Of a stretch of DNA of 64,000 nt, positions 29,083-39,500 are shown one piece after another. Position numbers and translations under genes: made by a program. This DNA is from Candidatus Nomurabacteria bacterium. GTDB taxonomy: Bacteria > Patescibacteriota > Minisyncoccia > Phycocordibacterales > UBA918. A model generated the notes under the pieces. It made no database searches and was not told the DNA's origin. It was given only the letters and a program-made list of their open reading frames with translations. The first letter of the stretch is position 1. Every line of letters starts with the position of its first letter. The stretch covers positions 429,634 to 493,633 of the forward strand of contig CP060227.1 in assembly GCA_023898525.1 (NCBI GenBank), given 5' to 3'.

Positions 29083-29156
29083 TTTGGTTATTTGTTGTGG
29101 TTCTTTAGCTGTCACTTTCGAGCAACAGATGATGACACTTTGCTAACAGATAATAA

Positions 29157-30011
29157 TTATTTAATACCATACAACTTCTCTGCATTCTTCAGCAACTGCT
29201 CTCTTACCTCCTCTACCGGCAAATTCTTGATATCCGCAATCTTTTCTACCACCTCTTTCACATACATCGGCTCACAGCGCTTACCCCTATGCGGCACTGG
29301 TGCCACATACGGACTATCGGTCTCAGCATGCATTAGGTCTAGCGGTACCGCTCGTACTACCTCCTCATAAACCTTGGCAAAAGTAATTACTCCAGTGAAA
29401 GACACGGTAAACCCAAGTTCAAAAAGTTTCTTAGCCTGCTCATAGGTACCGGCATAAAAATGCACATTACCCGGCACTTTGGCGTATTTTTTCAATGTTT
29501 CGTACACATCTTCGTAGACACTACGCCCGGTCGGACTGACGCCACCCGGTTTTGGATCGCGAGTATGGATCATGAGCGGCAAACCAAGCTCATTGGCCAG
29601 TTCAATCTGCTTTATAAATGCTCGCTCCTGGATCTCATAAGTCTCCGGCCCACAATGGAAATAATCAAACCCGCATTCCCCAATCCCAACCACCTTATCA
29701 CTCTTGGCTAGCTCACAGTAGAACTCAGTATCGAACTCTTCACCTTTAGCGGTAAAAGGTTGACCATTTTCACCTACCGTTTCCTCATCGTGATGTCCGG
29801 GAGTAGTCTGGATTGGATGAAGACCAACAATCGCCCAAGCTCCGTCATTAGCTTCTGCTATCTCCACCGCTTTTTTACTAGTAGTGTCTTTGGTACCGAC
29901 ATTGATATGCGCCACCCCAGCCTCGCGAGTACGCTTCAAAACTTCCTCCAAGTCTTCCTTAAAAGCTGAGAGGTTGAGATGGGTATGGGTGTCAATGTGA
30001 GTGTATTTCAT
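29157..30011 (-). CDS. tatD: TatD-family metal-dependent deoxyribonuclease/hydrolase (start at MKYTHIDTHTHL)
   Basis: HxH N-terminal motif and TatD family pattern throughout. Confidence 0.8.
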   Translation of the reverse strand: MKYTHIDTHTHLNLSAFKEDLEEVLKRTREAGVAHINVGTKDTTSKKAVEIAEANDGAWAIVGLHPIQTTPGHHDEETVGENGQPFTAKGEEFDTEFYCELAKSDKVVGIGECGFDYFHCGPETYEIQERAFIKQIELANELGLPLMIHTRDPKPGGVSPTGRSVYEDVYETLKKYAKVPGNVHFYAGTYEQAKKLFELGFTVSFTGVITFAKVYEEVVRAVPLDLMHAETDSPYVAPVPHRGKRCEPMYVKEVVEKIADIKNLPVEEVREQLLKNAEKLYGIK

Positions 30012-30075
30012 AATTAAAGTAGAATACCACAATATCAATACCCTGAAAGTATCAAACTACCAGTTTAGATATTTA

Positions 30076-30708
30076 TCAAATAATCTTTTCTTCCTCCAAC
30101 ACCTCTTTTACTCTCTCATAAACAAGCCTATGCCCCTCAGCATTTGGGTGGATACCATCGGTAAAATAATCTTTAAAAGAGTCTACAAGTACATTAGATA
30201 CGTCTATTACTTTCACCGACTGTTTTTCTGCTACTAATTTAATAACCTCGTTATACTTATCTATATAATCCTGACTATAAGCATGAGTTGGTTTCCAGGG
30301 CATTGGCGATAATAACTCCTCATTTACTGGCAGTATAGTGAGTAGGAAAATTTTAGCCGTATATTTCTTGGCTTCTTCAATACAAAATATAAGGTTTTTC
30401 TCAAAATCCTCTGTAGACACTCGGTTTTTATTTGTTTTTATCTCATACTGACTATCATTTACTCCAATAGCCAACAAAACTGCTCCGTCTTGATCTGTCA
30501 ATCGGGCTTTTAACTCCACCTCGATTCTCTCGCGTAGGTCTTGAGAATTATCCCCTGAAATACCTAAGTTAAAAACAGAAGTACTATATTCATAATCTGA
30601 ATCTACAATCTTTTTATGTGCCAAAAGAGACAAACGGTTACACCACCCCCCAGCTTCACCATCATGATATCCAAAAGTATTACTATCACCAAAAACTAAG
30701 ATTCTCAT
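30076..30708 (-). CDS. SGNH/GDSL-family hydrolase
   Basis: FGDSNT, GVND and DGIHPN blocks. Confidence 0.75.
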   Translation of the reverse strand: MRILVFGDSNTFGYHDGEAGGWCNRLSLLAHKKIVDSDYEYSTSVFNLGISGDNSQDLRERIEVELKARLTDQDGAVLLAIGVNDSQYEIKTNKNRVSTEDFEKNLIFCIEEAKKYTAKIFLLTILPVNEELLSPMPWKPTHAYSQDYIDKYNEVIKLVAEKQSVKVIDVSNVLVDSFKDYFTDGIHPNAEGHRLVYERVKEVLEEEKII

Positions 30709-30723
30709 ATGTTTATTTGTATT

Positions 30724-30990
30724 TTAATCTAATATATTAACTGACTTATCTATATAGTTTTTAACCCACCACTTTTTTATCAGCGGCATAGACAACGTTG
30801 AAAGTAAATAACCACCGGTTGGCACAAAAGCGTTTATGAAAGGTGCGTTATTGTCAATAATAAACAGAAAGATACTGGCGGTGAAGTAAGTTATAAGGGC
30901 AATAATCACCTTTCTAGTCTTGCTAGTTTCCCAAGCTTTATCAAGCTCAACTCGACTATTTCTTTTTAAGATTTCTTCAACGCTTTGCAT
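30724..30990 (-). CDS. Small membrane protein, hypothetical
   Basis: 88 aa, two TM segments. Confidence 0.4.
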   Translation of the reverse strand: MQSVEEILKRNSRVELDKAWETSKTRKVIIALITYFTASIFLFIIDNNAPFINAFVPTGGYLLSTLSMPLIKKWWVKNYIDKSVNILD

Positions 30991-30992
30991 GT

Positions 30993-32438
30993 TTATTTTT
31001 CTAGTCGACCAAACAAATTCTCAGGTTTTTTGTTTGCCAAAACAGCTTCTTTAATTATTTTACTAGTTTCAGGCATAATAGGATTTAATAATCGGCCAAC
31101 TTTATATAATTCACTTACCAAATATTTTACCATTTCTATTCCCTTCTCTTTATCAGTCTTTATTACTTTAAACGGCTCGTTAATTGCTATATATTCATCT
31201 AGTTCACCAACTTTCTTCCAAACAAAGTCGCCAACAGCCTGAAAATTAAAATTTACAAAAGCTTCTTCATATTCAGTATCAAAGCCCACTGCTTCTGGTC
31301 TTTTTACAGGTTCTTCTAGATGCGTCTCCGCCATTTTCATCACCCGAGCCACCAAGTTACCAAGGCCATTTACCAAGTTGGCGGTATACCATTCGTCCAT
31401 TTTTTCCCAAGTTACGTCTGAATCATCAAATGGATGTACGTGACGAAGTAGAATATAACGAGTAGCGTCTACACCGTAACGCTCAATCATTTCATACGGA
31501 CTAATCACATTCCCTAGCGACTTACTCATTTTTTGTCCACCGCTATTGATAAAGCCATGATAAACCACTTTATCAGTCGCTTTTACTCCCGCGCTCCTCA
31601 GCATTGCTTGCCACATTATCGACTGAAAACGTACCTGGTCTTTTCCAGCTAGCTGCAACACCTCACCCTCTGTCCAGAATTTCTTGAAATCCCCTTCTTC
31701 ATCTGGCCAACCGAGCGTAGAAATATAGTTGGTCAAAGCATCAAACCACACGTACATAACCTGGTCTTCGTCATCCGGTACCGGTACTCCCCAATTCAAA
31801 CGCTTCTTTTCGCGCGAGATACTAAAGTCTTCTAGACCATTTTTTACAAAATTAAGCGCTTCTTGGCGTCGCCACTCCGGTAGCACCACTCCCTCTTTAG
31901 ACAAATATTCTTCCAAATATTCTTGGTAGTTAGATAGTTTGAAAAAATAGTTCTCCTCCTCTATTAGTTCAGGTTCTTGGTTGTGATCAGGACATTTTCC
32001 ATCCACCAAGTCTGACTCCACCTTAAAAGACTCACATCCCACACAATAAAGTCCCGAATACTTCTTCTTATAGATATCACCTTTCTCAGCACAACGTCGC
32101 CAGATCTCTTCTGTTGCTTTTTTGTGCCCTTCATCAGTGGTACGGATAAAATTATCAAAAGAAAGATTGAGACCAGTCTCAGGGTCGGCTAATTTCCTAA
32201 ACTCATTGGCATAGTGGTCAACATAAGCCTGCCTATCCTCCCCTTTTTCATCAGCCTTTTGAGCAATCTTTTGTCCATGTTCATCGGTACCAGTATTAAA
32301 AAACACCTCATGACCAAGCAAGCGATAATATCGCGCTAGAGCATCAGCTTGTACCACTTCAAGCCCAAAACCAATATGTGGATCGGAGTTTACATACGGT
32401 AAAGTGGTGGTGATATATTTAGCTTTTTTGTCTGACAT
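30993..32438 (-). CDS. metG: Methionyl-tRNA synthetase (short form without C-terminal tRNA-binding domain)
   Basis: PYVNSDPHIGF (HIGH-type), KMSKSLGN, and a Zn knuckle (CVGCESF...CPDHN). Confidence 0.9.
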   Translation of the reverse strand: MSDKKAKYITTTLPYVNSDPHIGFGLEVVQADALARYYRLLGHEVFFNTGTDEHGQKIAQKADEKGEDRQAYVDHYANEFRKLADPETGLNLSFDNFIRTTDEGHKKATEEIWRRCAEKGDIYKKKYSGLYCVGCESFKVESDLVDGKCPDHNQEPELIEEENYFFKLSNYQEYLEEYLSKEGVVLPEWRRQEALNFVKNGLEDFSISREKKRLNWGVPVPDDEDQVMYVWFDALTNYISTLGWPDEEGDFKKFWTEGEVLQLAGKDQVRFQSIMWQAMLRSAGVKATDKVVYHGFINSGGQKMSKSLGNVISPYEMIERYGVDATRYILLRHVHPFDDSDVTWEKMDEWYTANLVNGLGNLVARVMKMAETHLEEPVKRPEAVGFDTEYEEAFVNFNFQAVGDFVWKKVGELDEYIAINEPFKVIKTDKEKGIEMVKYLVSELYKVGRLLNPIMPETSKIIKEAVLANKKPENLFGRLEK

Positions 32439-32470
32439 AGTATGGTTACTTTAGCATAGGTTTCGGTGGT

Positions 32471-32509
32471 AAAAAAGCGGACGGCGCCTGTGGCGCCGTC
32501 CGCTTTTTT
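32471..32509. terminator. Hairpin terminator (aaaaaagcggacggcgcc tgt ggcgccgtccgctttttt)
   Basis: Perfect 15-bp stem flanked by A6/T6, between glyQS and metG. Confidence 0.7.
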
Positions 32510-32528
32510 AATACAACCTATACATCTA

Positions 32529-33920
32529 TTATTTATTTAGATACTCCACCAACTCGTCGATCTTCACCCTTGTCTGCTCGCCAGTATCACGGTCGCGTAC
32601 TGTCACAGTATCCTTTAGCTCTGGTTTTTCTTCTCCTAGAGTTTCGAAGTCAATCACCACACAAGCTGGTGTGCCGATTTCATCTTGCCTACGGTAACGC
32701 TTGCCAATATTACCGTTGTCATCAAAGGCAACGTTACCGAAGCTCTTTTTTAGGTGTTTAAATACTTCTCTAGCCTTCTCAACCAACTGAGGTTTATTTT
32801 TCAAAAGCGGTGAAACCGCTACCCGATATGGTGCCAGATCTTTATGTAGTTTTAAGACCGTTCGTACATTACCATCAATTTCATCTTCATAATACGCATC
32901 TGAAATAACAGCCATAAACATTCTACCCATACCAACAGATGTTTCTAGAATCCACGGAATATACTTCTCACCTGTCTCAGGGTCAGTATAGCGAAGATCA
33001 ACTCCGGAAAACTTCATATGTTGTGTAAGATCATAATCAGTACGATCGTGAATACCTTCAAGTTCATCAAAACCAAGACCTGGAAAATTATATTCTATAT
33101 CCCAAGCATCAGACGCATAAAAAACAAGGTTGTCATGTTGTTTAAAGCGAAGATTTTCTGGCTTTATACCGATAGAAAGATACCAATCCCAACGATCTTT
33201 TTTTACTTGCTCGTAGGCTTCTTTGTTTTCATGTGGTCTAACAAACAGTTGTGTGTCTGCTTGCTCCATTTCACGAGTACGAAAAAGAAAGTTGCGTGGT
33301 GAAATTTCGTTACGAAATGCCTTACCAATTTGCACAATACCAAACGGTAGCTTTGGTGACATGGTATCGAGAATGTTTTTGTAATTTAGATAAATACCTT
33401 GACAAGCTTCCCCTGGCAAATACACGGGATTATCTCCTTTTGAAGTAAAATCTCCAAGATTTGATTTTACAAGCAAATTGAACGCACGAGCTGGTGTAAA
33501 ATTTTTCTTACCACACTTAGGACACTGGATGTTATCACGGTTAGCATCAAAAAGTTGATTGATTTCCTCTTCCGACATTTTCTCATCTGCCGTTACACCA
33601 ATGGCTCCCAGTTCTTTGTCGACTCGAATCCGTGTATTACACTCACGGCACTCAGCTAAAGGATCAGAAAAACCTGACGTATGTCCGCTAGCATCCCATA
33701 CTTTTGGATGTTTAAACATTCCTGAATCAACCCCAAAATAATTTTCTTTATCGTAGACATTTGCCTTCCACCAAGCTCGCTTCAAATTATTCAGAAGTTC
33801 AACTCCATTTGGACCATAATCAAAAACCCCAGCCAACCCCCCATAAATCTCACTTCCTTGGAATACAAACCCTCGTCGCTTTGAAAGCGCTACTATCTTC
33901 TCCATTTTGTCGTTTTTCAT
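32529..33920 (-). CDS. glyQS: Glycyl-tRNA synthetase (alpha2 dimeric class II type)
   Basis: 463 aa with class II motifs and the typical GlyRS insertion domain with Cys cluster (CRECNTR...CPKCG). Confidence 0.85.
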   Translation of the reverse strand: MKNDKMEKIVALSKRRGFVFQGSEIYGGLAGVFDYGPNGVELLNNLKRAWWKANVYDKENYFGVDSGMFKHPKVWDASGHTSGFSDPLAECRECNTRIRVDKELGAIGVTADEKMSEEEINQLFDANRDNIQCPKCGKKNFTPARAFNLLVKSNLGDFTSKGDNPVYLPGEACQGIYLNYKNILDTMSPKLPFGIVQIGKAFRNEISPRNFLFRTREMEQADTQLFVRPHENKEAYEQVKKDRWDWYLSIGIKPENLRFKQHDNLVFYASDAWDIEYNFPGLGFDELEGIHDRTDYDLTQHMKFSGVDLRYTDPETGEKYIPWILETSVGMGRMFMAVISDAYYEDEIDGNVRTVLKLHKDLAPYRVAVSPLLKNKPQLVEKAREVFKHLKKSFGNVAFDDNGNIGKRYRRQDEIGTPACVVIDFETLGEEKPELKDTVTVRDRDTGEQTRVKIDELVEYLNK

Positions 33921-33938
33921 AATCTTCAGAAATTAACA

Positions 33939-35948
33939 CTACTCTGCCTGTACTCGACCGTTACCCTCAGAAAAACCTAGTTCTTCCGAAAGATTATTGT
34001 CCAACTTAATAGCCCTAGCTTTGAGACCGACTTCGGTAAACCGATCAGTGGCCCGAAAGTCCTGAGCTTCCAGCAGTGTCAATGTTTTACCAATATGTGT
34101 CACACTTGGCAAGAGCTTGATTTGCATCTTGATTTGCTTTTGCTGATGAGCTGACATATTCCCAACCCTCCAGCTAATTTGTTTAGAAACTGGATTAAAT
34201 TCAATTTCACCATCACCACTAGTTCTCTCTGCCCAGCTTACATACTGAGGTAAAGCAGTAGTCACCACTCCGCCTGATATATCGTTAACCCCAGCAGTCG
34301 CGACTAGTGTAATAGTGTAGTCAGTTGTCTGCCCAGCCACTGGTGGGACGGGTCCACCGTCACCAAACGGACTACTAGTATGGTTTATTTCTCCGGCAAT
34401 TTGTATTTCTGAAGAATACTTAGCTTCAGCCACCGCTGTTCCAACTAGATTTTCATTGGCATTAGCTTCATTTACCCGCCTGGCAAAGACCTTCACCGAC
34501 AAATCAAACGAGCCAGTGCTCTGTCCCTTGTCCGGCTTCACGGTAAATGAAAACTTACGACTTTCTCCAGGTGGTACTTCTGTCAAAGATTTCATTCCAG
34601 CAATTTCCCAATTGATTTTTTTGGTCACTGAATCATAAAATCCGCTGGAAATATCCAAATTGTCATCGCGGATTAAGTTCCCTCGTGGCACCAACTCTAC
34701 CCGCATATCATACAAAGTCTCGTTCATAGTATTGGCTACAAGAACTTCAACATTAGCATCTGCACCAGCCGCCAACACAGCCGCTCCATCGCGATCACCA
34801 CCAATACCAACGGTCACATCTATGAAAGGATTCTCAATTGTGTACCCTACTTTAGTCTGCGTCAAAACAGAACTTAATTCAGTTTGATTATCTGATTTTG
34901 GCGTACCAGCTTTAAGCTGTATCTCAGCCGCCTCGCTAGCTAGTCCGGTGACTAAACCTTTAAAAGTAATTGTATAGACAGTGTCAGGAAGAACTTCATC
35001 TAGAAGCCAACTATTTTGACCATAGGTTGTCTGTGGTACCGCATTCAAAAAGGAGAAGCTGTTGGGATAGTCAGCGGTTATCAATACATCATGCATTGGA
35101 TTTATAGCGTTAGATAAAAGAGTCAAAGTTACTTCAAGCTCCTGTCCGGAAGAAATTTTCTCAACCGCTTCAGTCCGAATCACAATGGGAGAAGAGTTTA
35201 TTTTAACCATAACCGGTTCTGCGTTCTTGTAGAAAGTACCGTTGGAATTTTTTACCCGATATTCAATTGTTGCCTTTATTTCCTTGTCTTCATTTTCTTC
35301 ACCAAACATTATGACCTTGATTGGTTTATTAACCACTCCACCCGCTTCAATATCTTCAAGCGGCAAACGATCTTCATACAAGTCGCGATTACCTTCCTCA
35401 ACCGACTTTGTTCCTGGCGGATAATTTAGAATCAAGGTAGCTGATTCAATCGGAATGGAGTTTTGGTTGGTAATACCCACCTGAATCGGAACTGTATCGC
35501 CACCCGCCACTGAAAATGGCGCTTCAATAGAAATGCTGATATTGTTGGCTGATATTTGATTACCACCCAACAATATATAAATAGCGGAACCGATAACCGA
35601 CAGCAGCAAAACTCCCAAACTAAAAAGAAGAATGATGGTTCGGTAAGTTCGGTTTTTCTTAGGAGGAGGAACGACAACATCTTTATCATTTTGAATAATT
35701 GTATCGGAGATTTGTGAAACTATACTCTCAGACTCATTTGGTGGCAGTTGGGTCACTGGTGGATTGTCGTGTGTACTTATATTTTCTTTAGCCGGAATTT
35801 GACTTGCGACTTCACTTCCCCAACCCCGCTTAACATCGATTGATGTTTTAGTAAGATCATGCCTTTTTACACTTTTATCTTGCCAACCACGATCGTAAAG
35901 ACGCTTTCGTAGCTCGTCGATATTTTCCTGATCTTTAATTCCCGACAT
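33939..35948 (-). CDS. Large hypothetical membrane protein (cytoplasmic N-terminus, one TM, ~540-aa beta-rich extracellular region)
   Basis: 669 aa; TM TIILLFSLGVLLLSVIGSAIYILLGG. Confidence 0.5.
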   Translation of the reverse strand: MSGIKDQENIDELRKRLYDRGWQDKSVKRHDLTKTSIDVKRGWGSEVASQIPAKENISTHDNPPVTQLPPNESESIVSQISDTIIQNDKDVVVPPPKKNRTYRTIILLFSLGVLLLSVIGSAIYILLGGNQISANNISISIEAPFSVAGGDTVPIQVGITNQNSIPIESATLILNYPPGTKSVEEGNRDLYEDRLPLEDIEAGGVVNKPIKVIMFGEENEDKEIKATIEYRVKNSNGTFYKNAEPVMVKINSSPIVIRTEAVEKISSGQELEVTLTLLSNAINPMHDVLITADYPNSFSFLNAVPQTTYGQNSWLLDEVLPDTVYTITFKGLVTGLASEAAEIQLKAGTPKSDNQTELSSVLTQTKVGYTIENPFIDVTVGIGGDRDGAAVLAAGADANVEVLVANTMNETLYDMRVELVPRGNLIRDDNLDISSGFYDSVTKKINWEIAGMKSLTEVPPGESRKFSFTVKPDKGQSTGSFDLSVKVFARRVNEANANENLVGTAVAEAKYSSEIQIAGEINHTSSPFGDGGPVPPVAGQTTDYTITLVATAGVNDISGGVVTTALPQYVSWAERTSGDGEIEFNPVSKQISWRVGNMSAHQQKQIKMQIKLLPSVTHIGKTLTLLEAQDFRATDRFTEVGLKARAIKLDNNLSEELGFSEGNGRVQAE

Positions 35949-35982
35949 GGTTACCAGCCATTATATCATTATCAAACAGTAA

Positions 35983-36561
35983 TTAGAGGTGGCTATTCGC
36001 AACTGCGTTGTCTATTAGTTTCTTCATTTTTTCAGCTGACAACTCAGATTCATATTCAGCCAAGGTACTGGCCGGGGCCACCTTGAAGTTTTTGGGAATA
36101 TCTTTTGAATCAACATAGCCAAGCTCGTCCAAAATCCTTAATTGCACCGCCAATTCCAGAAAGCTGCGCTTTTGACACTCACTAATCAAAAGACGCGAGG
36201 CACCAACACAGAAGTCAAAAAGTAAAGAGTGCGCCTCCTCACCATGGACAAACCGCCTTAAGGTCTTCATAAGCATGACCACACTACCACGAGCCTCACG
36301 ACTCTTAGCTGTAGCAAAATAGTTTGGCCCTGGAACAACACTACCGATTCGCCAACCTTGCTTACCTTTCACTAAAGAGACTCTGATTTGAGAAAACTCT
36401 TGCAAGGCCGGCCGCTGCTTCGACCGCTCTTCGCGCACACTACGGGCAGTAGCATAGAGCATGCCTGCCTCACGGGTAAAAAGCACAAATACCTTATCAG
36501 CGGTATTGTGCAAAAAACTACCGCAAACTATCGCCTCTGTGATGTAGGTTTGGTATGACAT
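35983..36561 (-). CDS. recO: DNA repair protein RecO-like
   Basis: N-terminal OB-fold pattern (TEAIVCGSF...VFVLFTREAGMLYATARSVRE), 192 aa; abuts ileS. Confidence 0.5.
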   Translation of the reverse strand: MSYQTYITEAIVCGSFLHNTADKVFVLFTREAGMLYATARSVREERSKQRPALQEFSQIRVSLVKGKQGWRIGSVVPGPNYFATAKSREARGSVVMLMKTLRRFVHGEEAHSLLFDFCVGASRLLISECQKRSFLELAVQLRILDELGYVDSKDIPKNFKVAPASTLAEYESELSAEKMKKLIDNAVANSHL

Positions 36562-39500
36562 TAAACCTTAACAATAGAAATTAGGTATGAATTATCACCA
36601 ATTTGGATTTCTTTTCCTTTGGTTGTGGTAAATGTGATTTCTTTCGCTCCAACCACTTTCTTGATTATATCTAGCTGTGCTTTTACCATCTCCTCACCAG
36701 CTGGTGATGTGGCTATGGTCAGAGTAATTACGTCCTGGGGCTTGAGACCAGACTCTTTACGCATATCCTGTATAACCCTAATCAATTCACGCGCCTCTCC
36801 CTCCTGTTTCAATTCGGTAGTAATATTAGTGTCGAGTACCACTACTTCAGACTGAGTTTCGTTGACTGTAACCGTCTTTACATTAACCTCGTCTGCAATC
36901 ACACTTAATAACTCTGAATCAACCGGTTTAGAGACCGACAAAGACGACAGTGGTTGTCGTACCTTTATTCCAGATCGTGTGCGCTGCTCCAAAGCCAAGG
37001 TCACTAATTCACGGGTAGTCCTCATACAATCAAGTAAAACTTCATTAACAGACCCGGTCTCTGGCCACTTAGCCAAGTGCACGCTCTCTGCCTCACTTTC
37101 ATCTCGCACTGCTCGGTATAGATATTCAGCGTAGAAAGGCATGGCCGGTGCCATTACCTTGGCTAATTCACGAAGGACATAGCGCAAGGTACCAAGCGCT
37201 AGCTTCTTGTCTTCCACATCCTCACCCTTGAGACGGTCACGTGAGCGGCGGAGATACCACACGGACAAATCATCAATAAAATCAGTAATTGGTCGCACGG
37301 CTTTATCGAGCTCATAAGCTTTGTAACCAGCAGTTGATTCGGCGATCAGTTGATTGAGGCGCGCCACGATCCAGCGATCTAAAACATTATTGGAATCGTG
37401 GCGCGGTTCGGAAGCCCCCCGGGCTTCCTCACCACCATCCGCAAACATTTCATACATCGCCAGTACATTATGAAGTCGTCCGATATTCTTCCGTTGTATT
37501 TCAAGCACGTCTTTTTCGGCGAAGCTCAAATCTTCACTATGCACTACCGGCGAAGACAAAAGATAATACCGCATCGAGTCTGCCCCCAAGCGACCCACGA
37601 GCTCCATCGGATCAGGATAGTTCTGCAATGACTTACTCATTTTCTTTCCATCCTCCGCCAAAACCAATCCGTTTACAATCACATTCTCATACGGCGACTT
37701 ACCAAAAAGCGCCACCCCTAAGACGAGCATGGAGTAAAACCACCCCCGAGTCTGATCTAGACCCTCAGCAATAAACTGCGCCGGGAAACGCTCTGCCTCG
37801 AACTTTTCCTTATTTTCAAACGGATAATGAAGCTGCCCATACGGCACCGACCCACTCTCAAACCAACAGTCAAAGACATCCGGCACTCGCTTTAATTCCT
37901 CCCCGTCTTCATACAACTTAATATCGTCGATATATGGTCGATGATAATCGAGTTCGTAGCTGTCGTTATGAGGAAATGGCACAAACGGCAAAGCTCTGAG
38001 CTCTGCGTTATTTAAGTCGTAGGTATTTTCCTCAATAATCTTTCCTAAAGTTTCAAAATCATCACCTTTGGCGACCGCTTGCAACATCTGCAAAGTCCCG
38101 TTATGAGAAACAAACAAAACATTCTTATCCTTATGCTTTGTTTCAATTTCATTCAACAATTCACCCGCTCGTCTTTTCACATCCGTCCAGTTTTCTCCTC
38201 CTTCTGGAGTTTTGGTCAAACGATCAGTTCCAGTCGTAAAAAAAGCGTGATATTCACTTACAGTCTTGCCATCAAATTCACCAAACCGTACTTCAAGCAA
38301 ACGTTCGTCCGCCACTAAAACCTCCTTAGACAAACCTAGTCCTTCCGCTACTTTCTCTGCCGTTTCTTTCGTGCGTTGTAGTGGAGAATAATAAATAAGA
38401 TCAATCTTTTCGGCTTTTAGTTTTTCTACCAACTCACTTACCTGCTCTTTACCTTTATCAGTAATACCATTCTCAACCGCCACATCCACATTTAAAGTCT
38501 CTTTGGTATTCAAAGCTGATTCAGCGTGACGGGTAATAAAGTATTTATTGCCACTTTTGGGCACAAATTCCTGCATCTCAGCCATGCTACCGAACACCTT
38601 ATATTCACCAGTCTTTTCATTTTTCCAGATCGGCAGTGGCGCACCCCAATAACGCTGCCTAGACACCGCCCAGTCGCGTGCCCCTTCCAGCCACTTGCCA
38701 AAGCGGTTTTGTCCGACATAATCCGGCACCCACTTCACTTTATTATTGGCGGCCACCAACTCATCTCTCATGTCAGTTACTTTCACAAACCACGATGTAG
38801 TCGCGTAATTTAAAAGCGGTGTGCTGTCGCGCCAACAATGCGGGTAACTGTGAGTGATATTTTCTTTCTTGAAAATCTTTCCAGCTGTTTGTAGGTGACG
38901 CAAGACTTCAATATCCGCATCCAAGTGCGACACCCGAGCTTCATCGTCATCTTTTGGCTTCACTAATTGCCCAGCAAAGTCAGTCACAAAATCCATAAAC
39001 CGCCCACCATAATCAACATGGTGTGCGATAGGAATATTATTTTCCTTAGCTACATTCATATCGTCCTCACCATAAGCCGGCGCCAAATGCACGACCCCAG
39101 TCCCCTCCTCACCAATTTCGACAAAATCCGCGTGGTAAATCTTCCAAGCTTTTTTTTCTTTTTCTTTCTCCTCATTAAAATCATCTATTCTTTTTGGGCC
39201 TCTAGGTGTTGCCCATAAATTTTCAAAGTAATTGAACGGTGGCTCGTATGACAGATCTAGCAAGTCTGAACCTTTCATTTCCTCTACCACCTCATAAGGC
39301 AAATCACCCAATTGAGCCAATCGACCTTTGGCTAAAATTACATTCTCGTATTTAATTTCCTTTTTTATTTCTCCATCAGCACCCACTCTGTCAGGAATAG
39401 TTGAGTTTAGAACAGAAACCTTCACATAATCCAACTCTTGATTGACCGCAATTGCCATATTACCTGGCAAAGTCCACGGGGTCGTCGTCCAAATCAAGAT

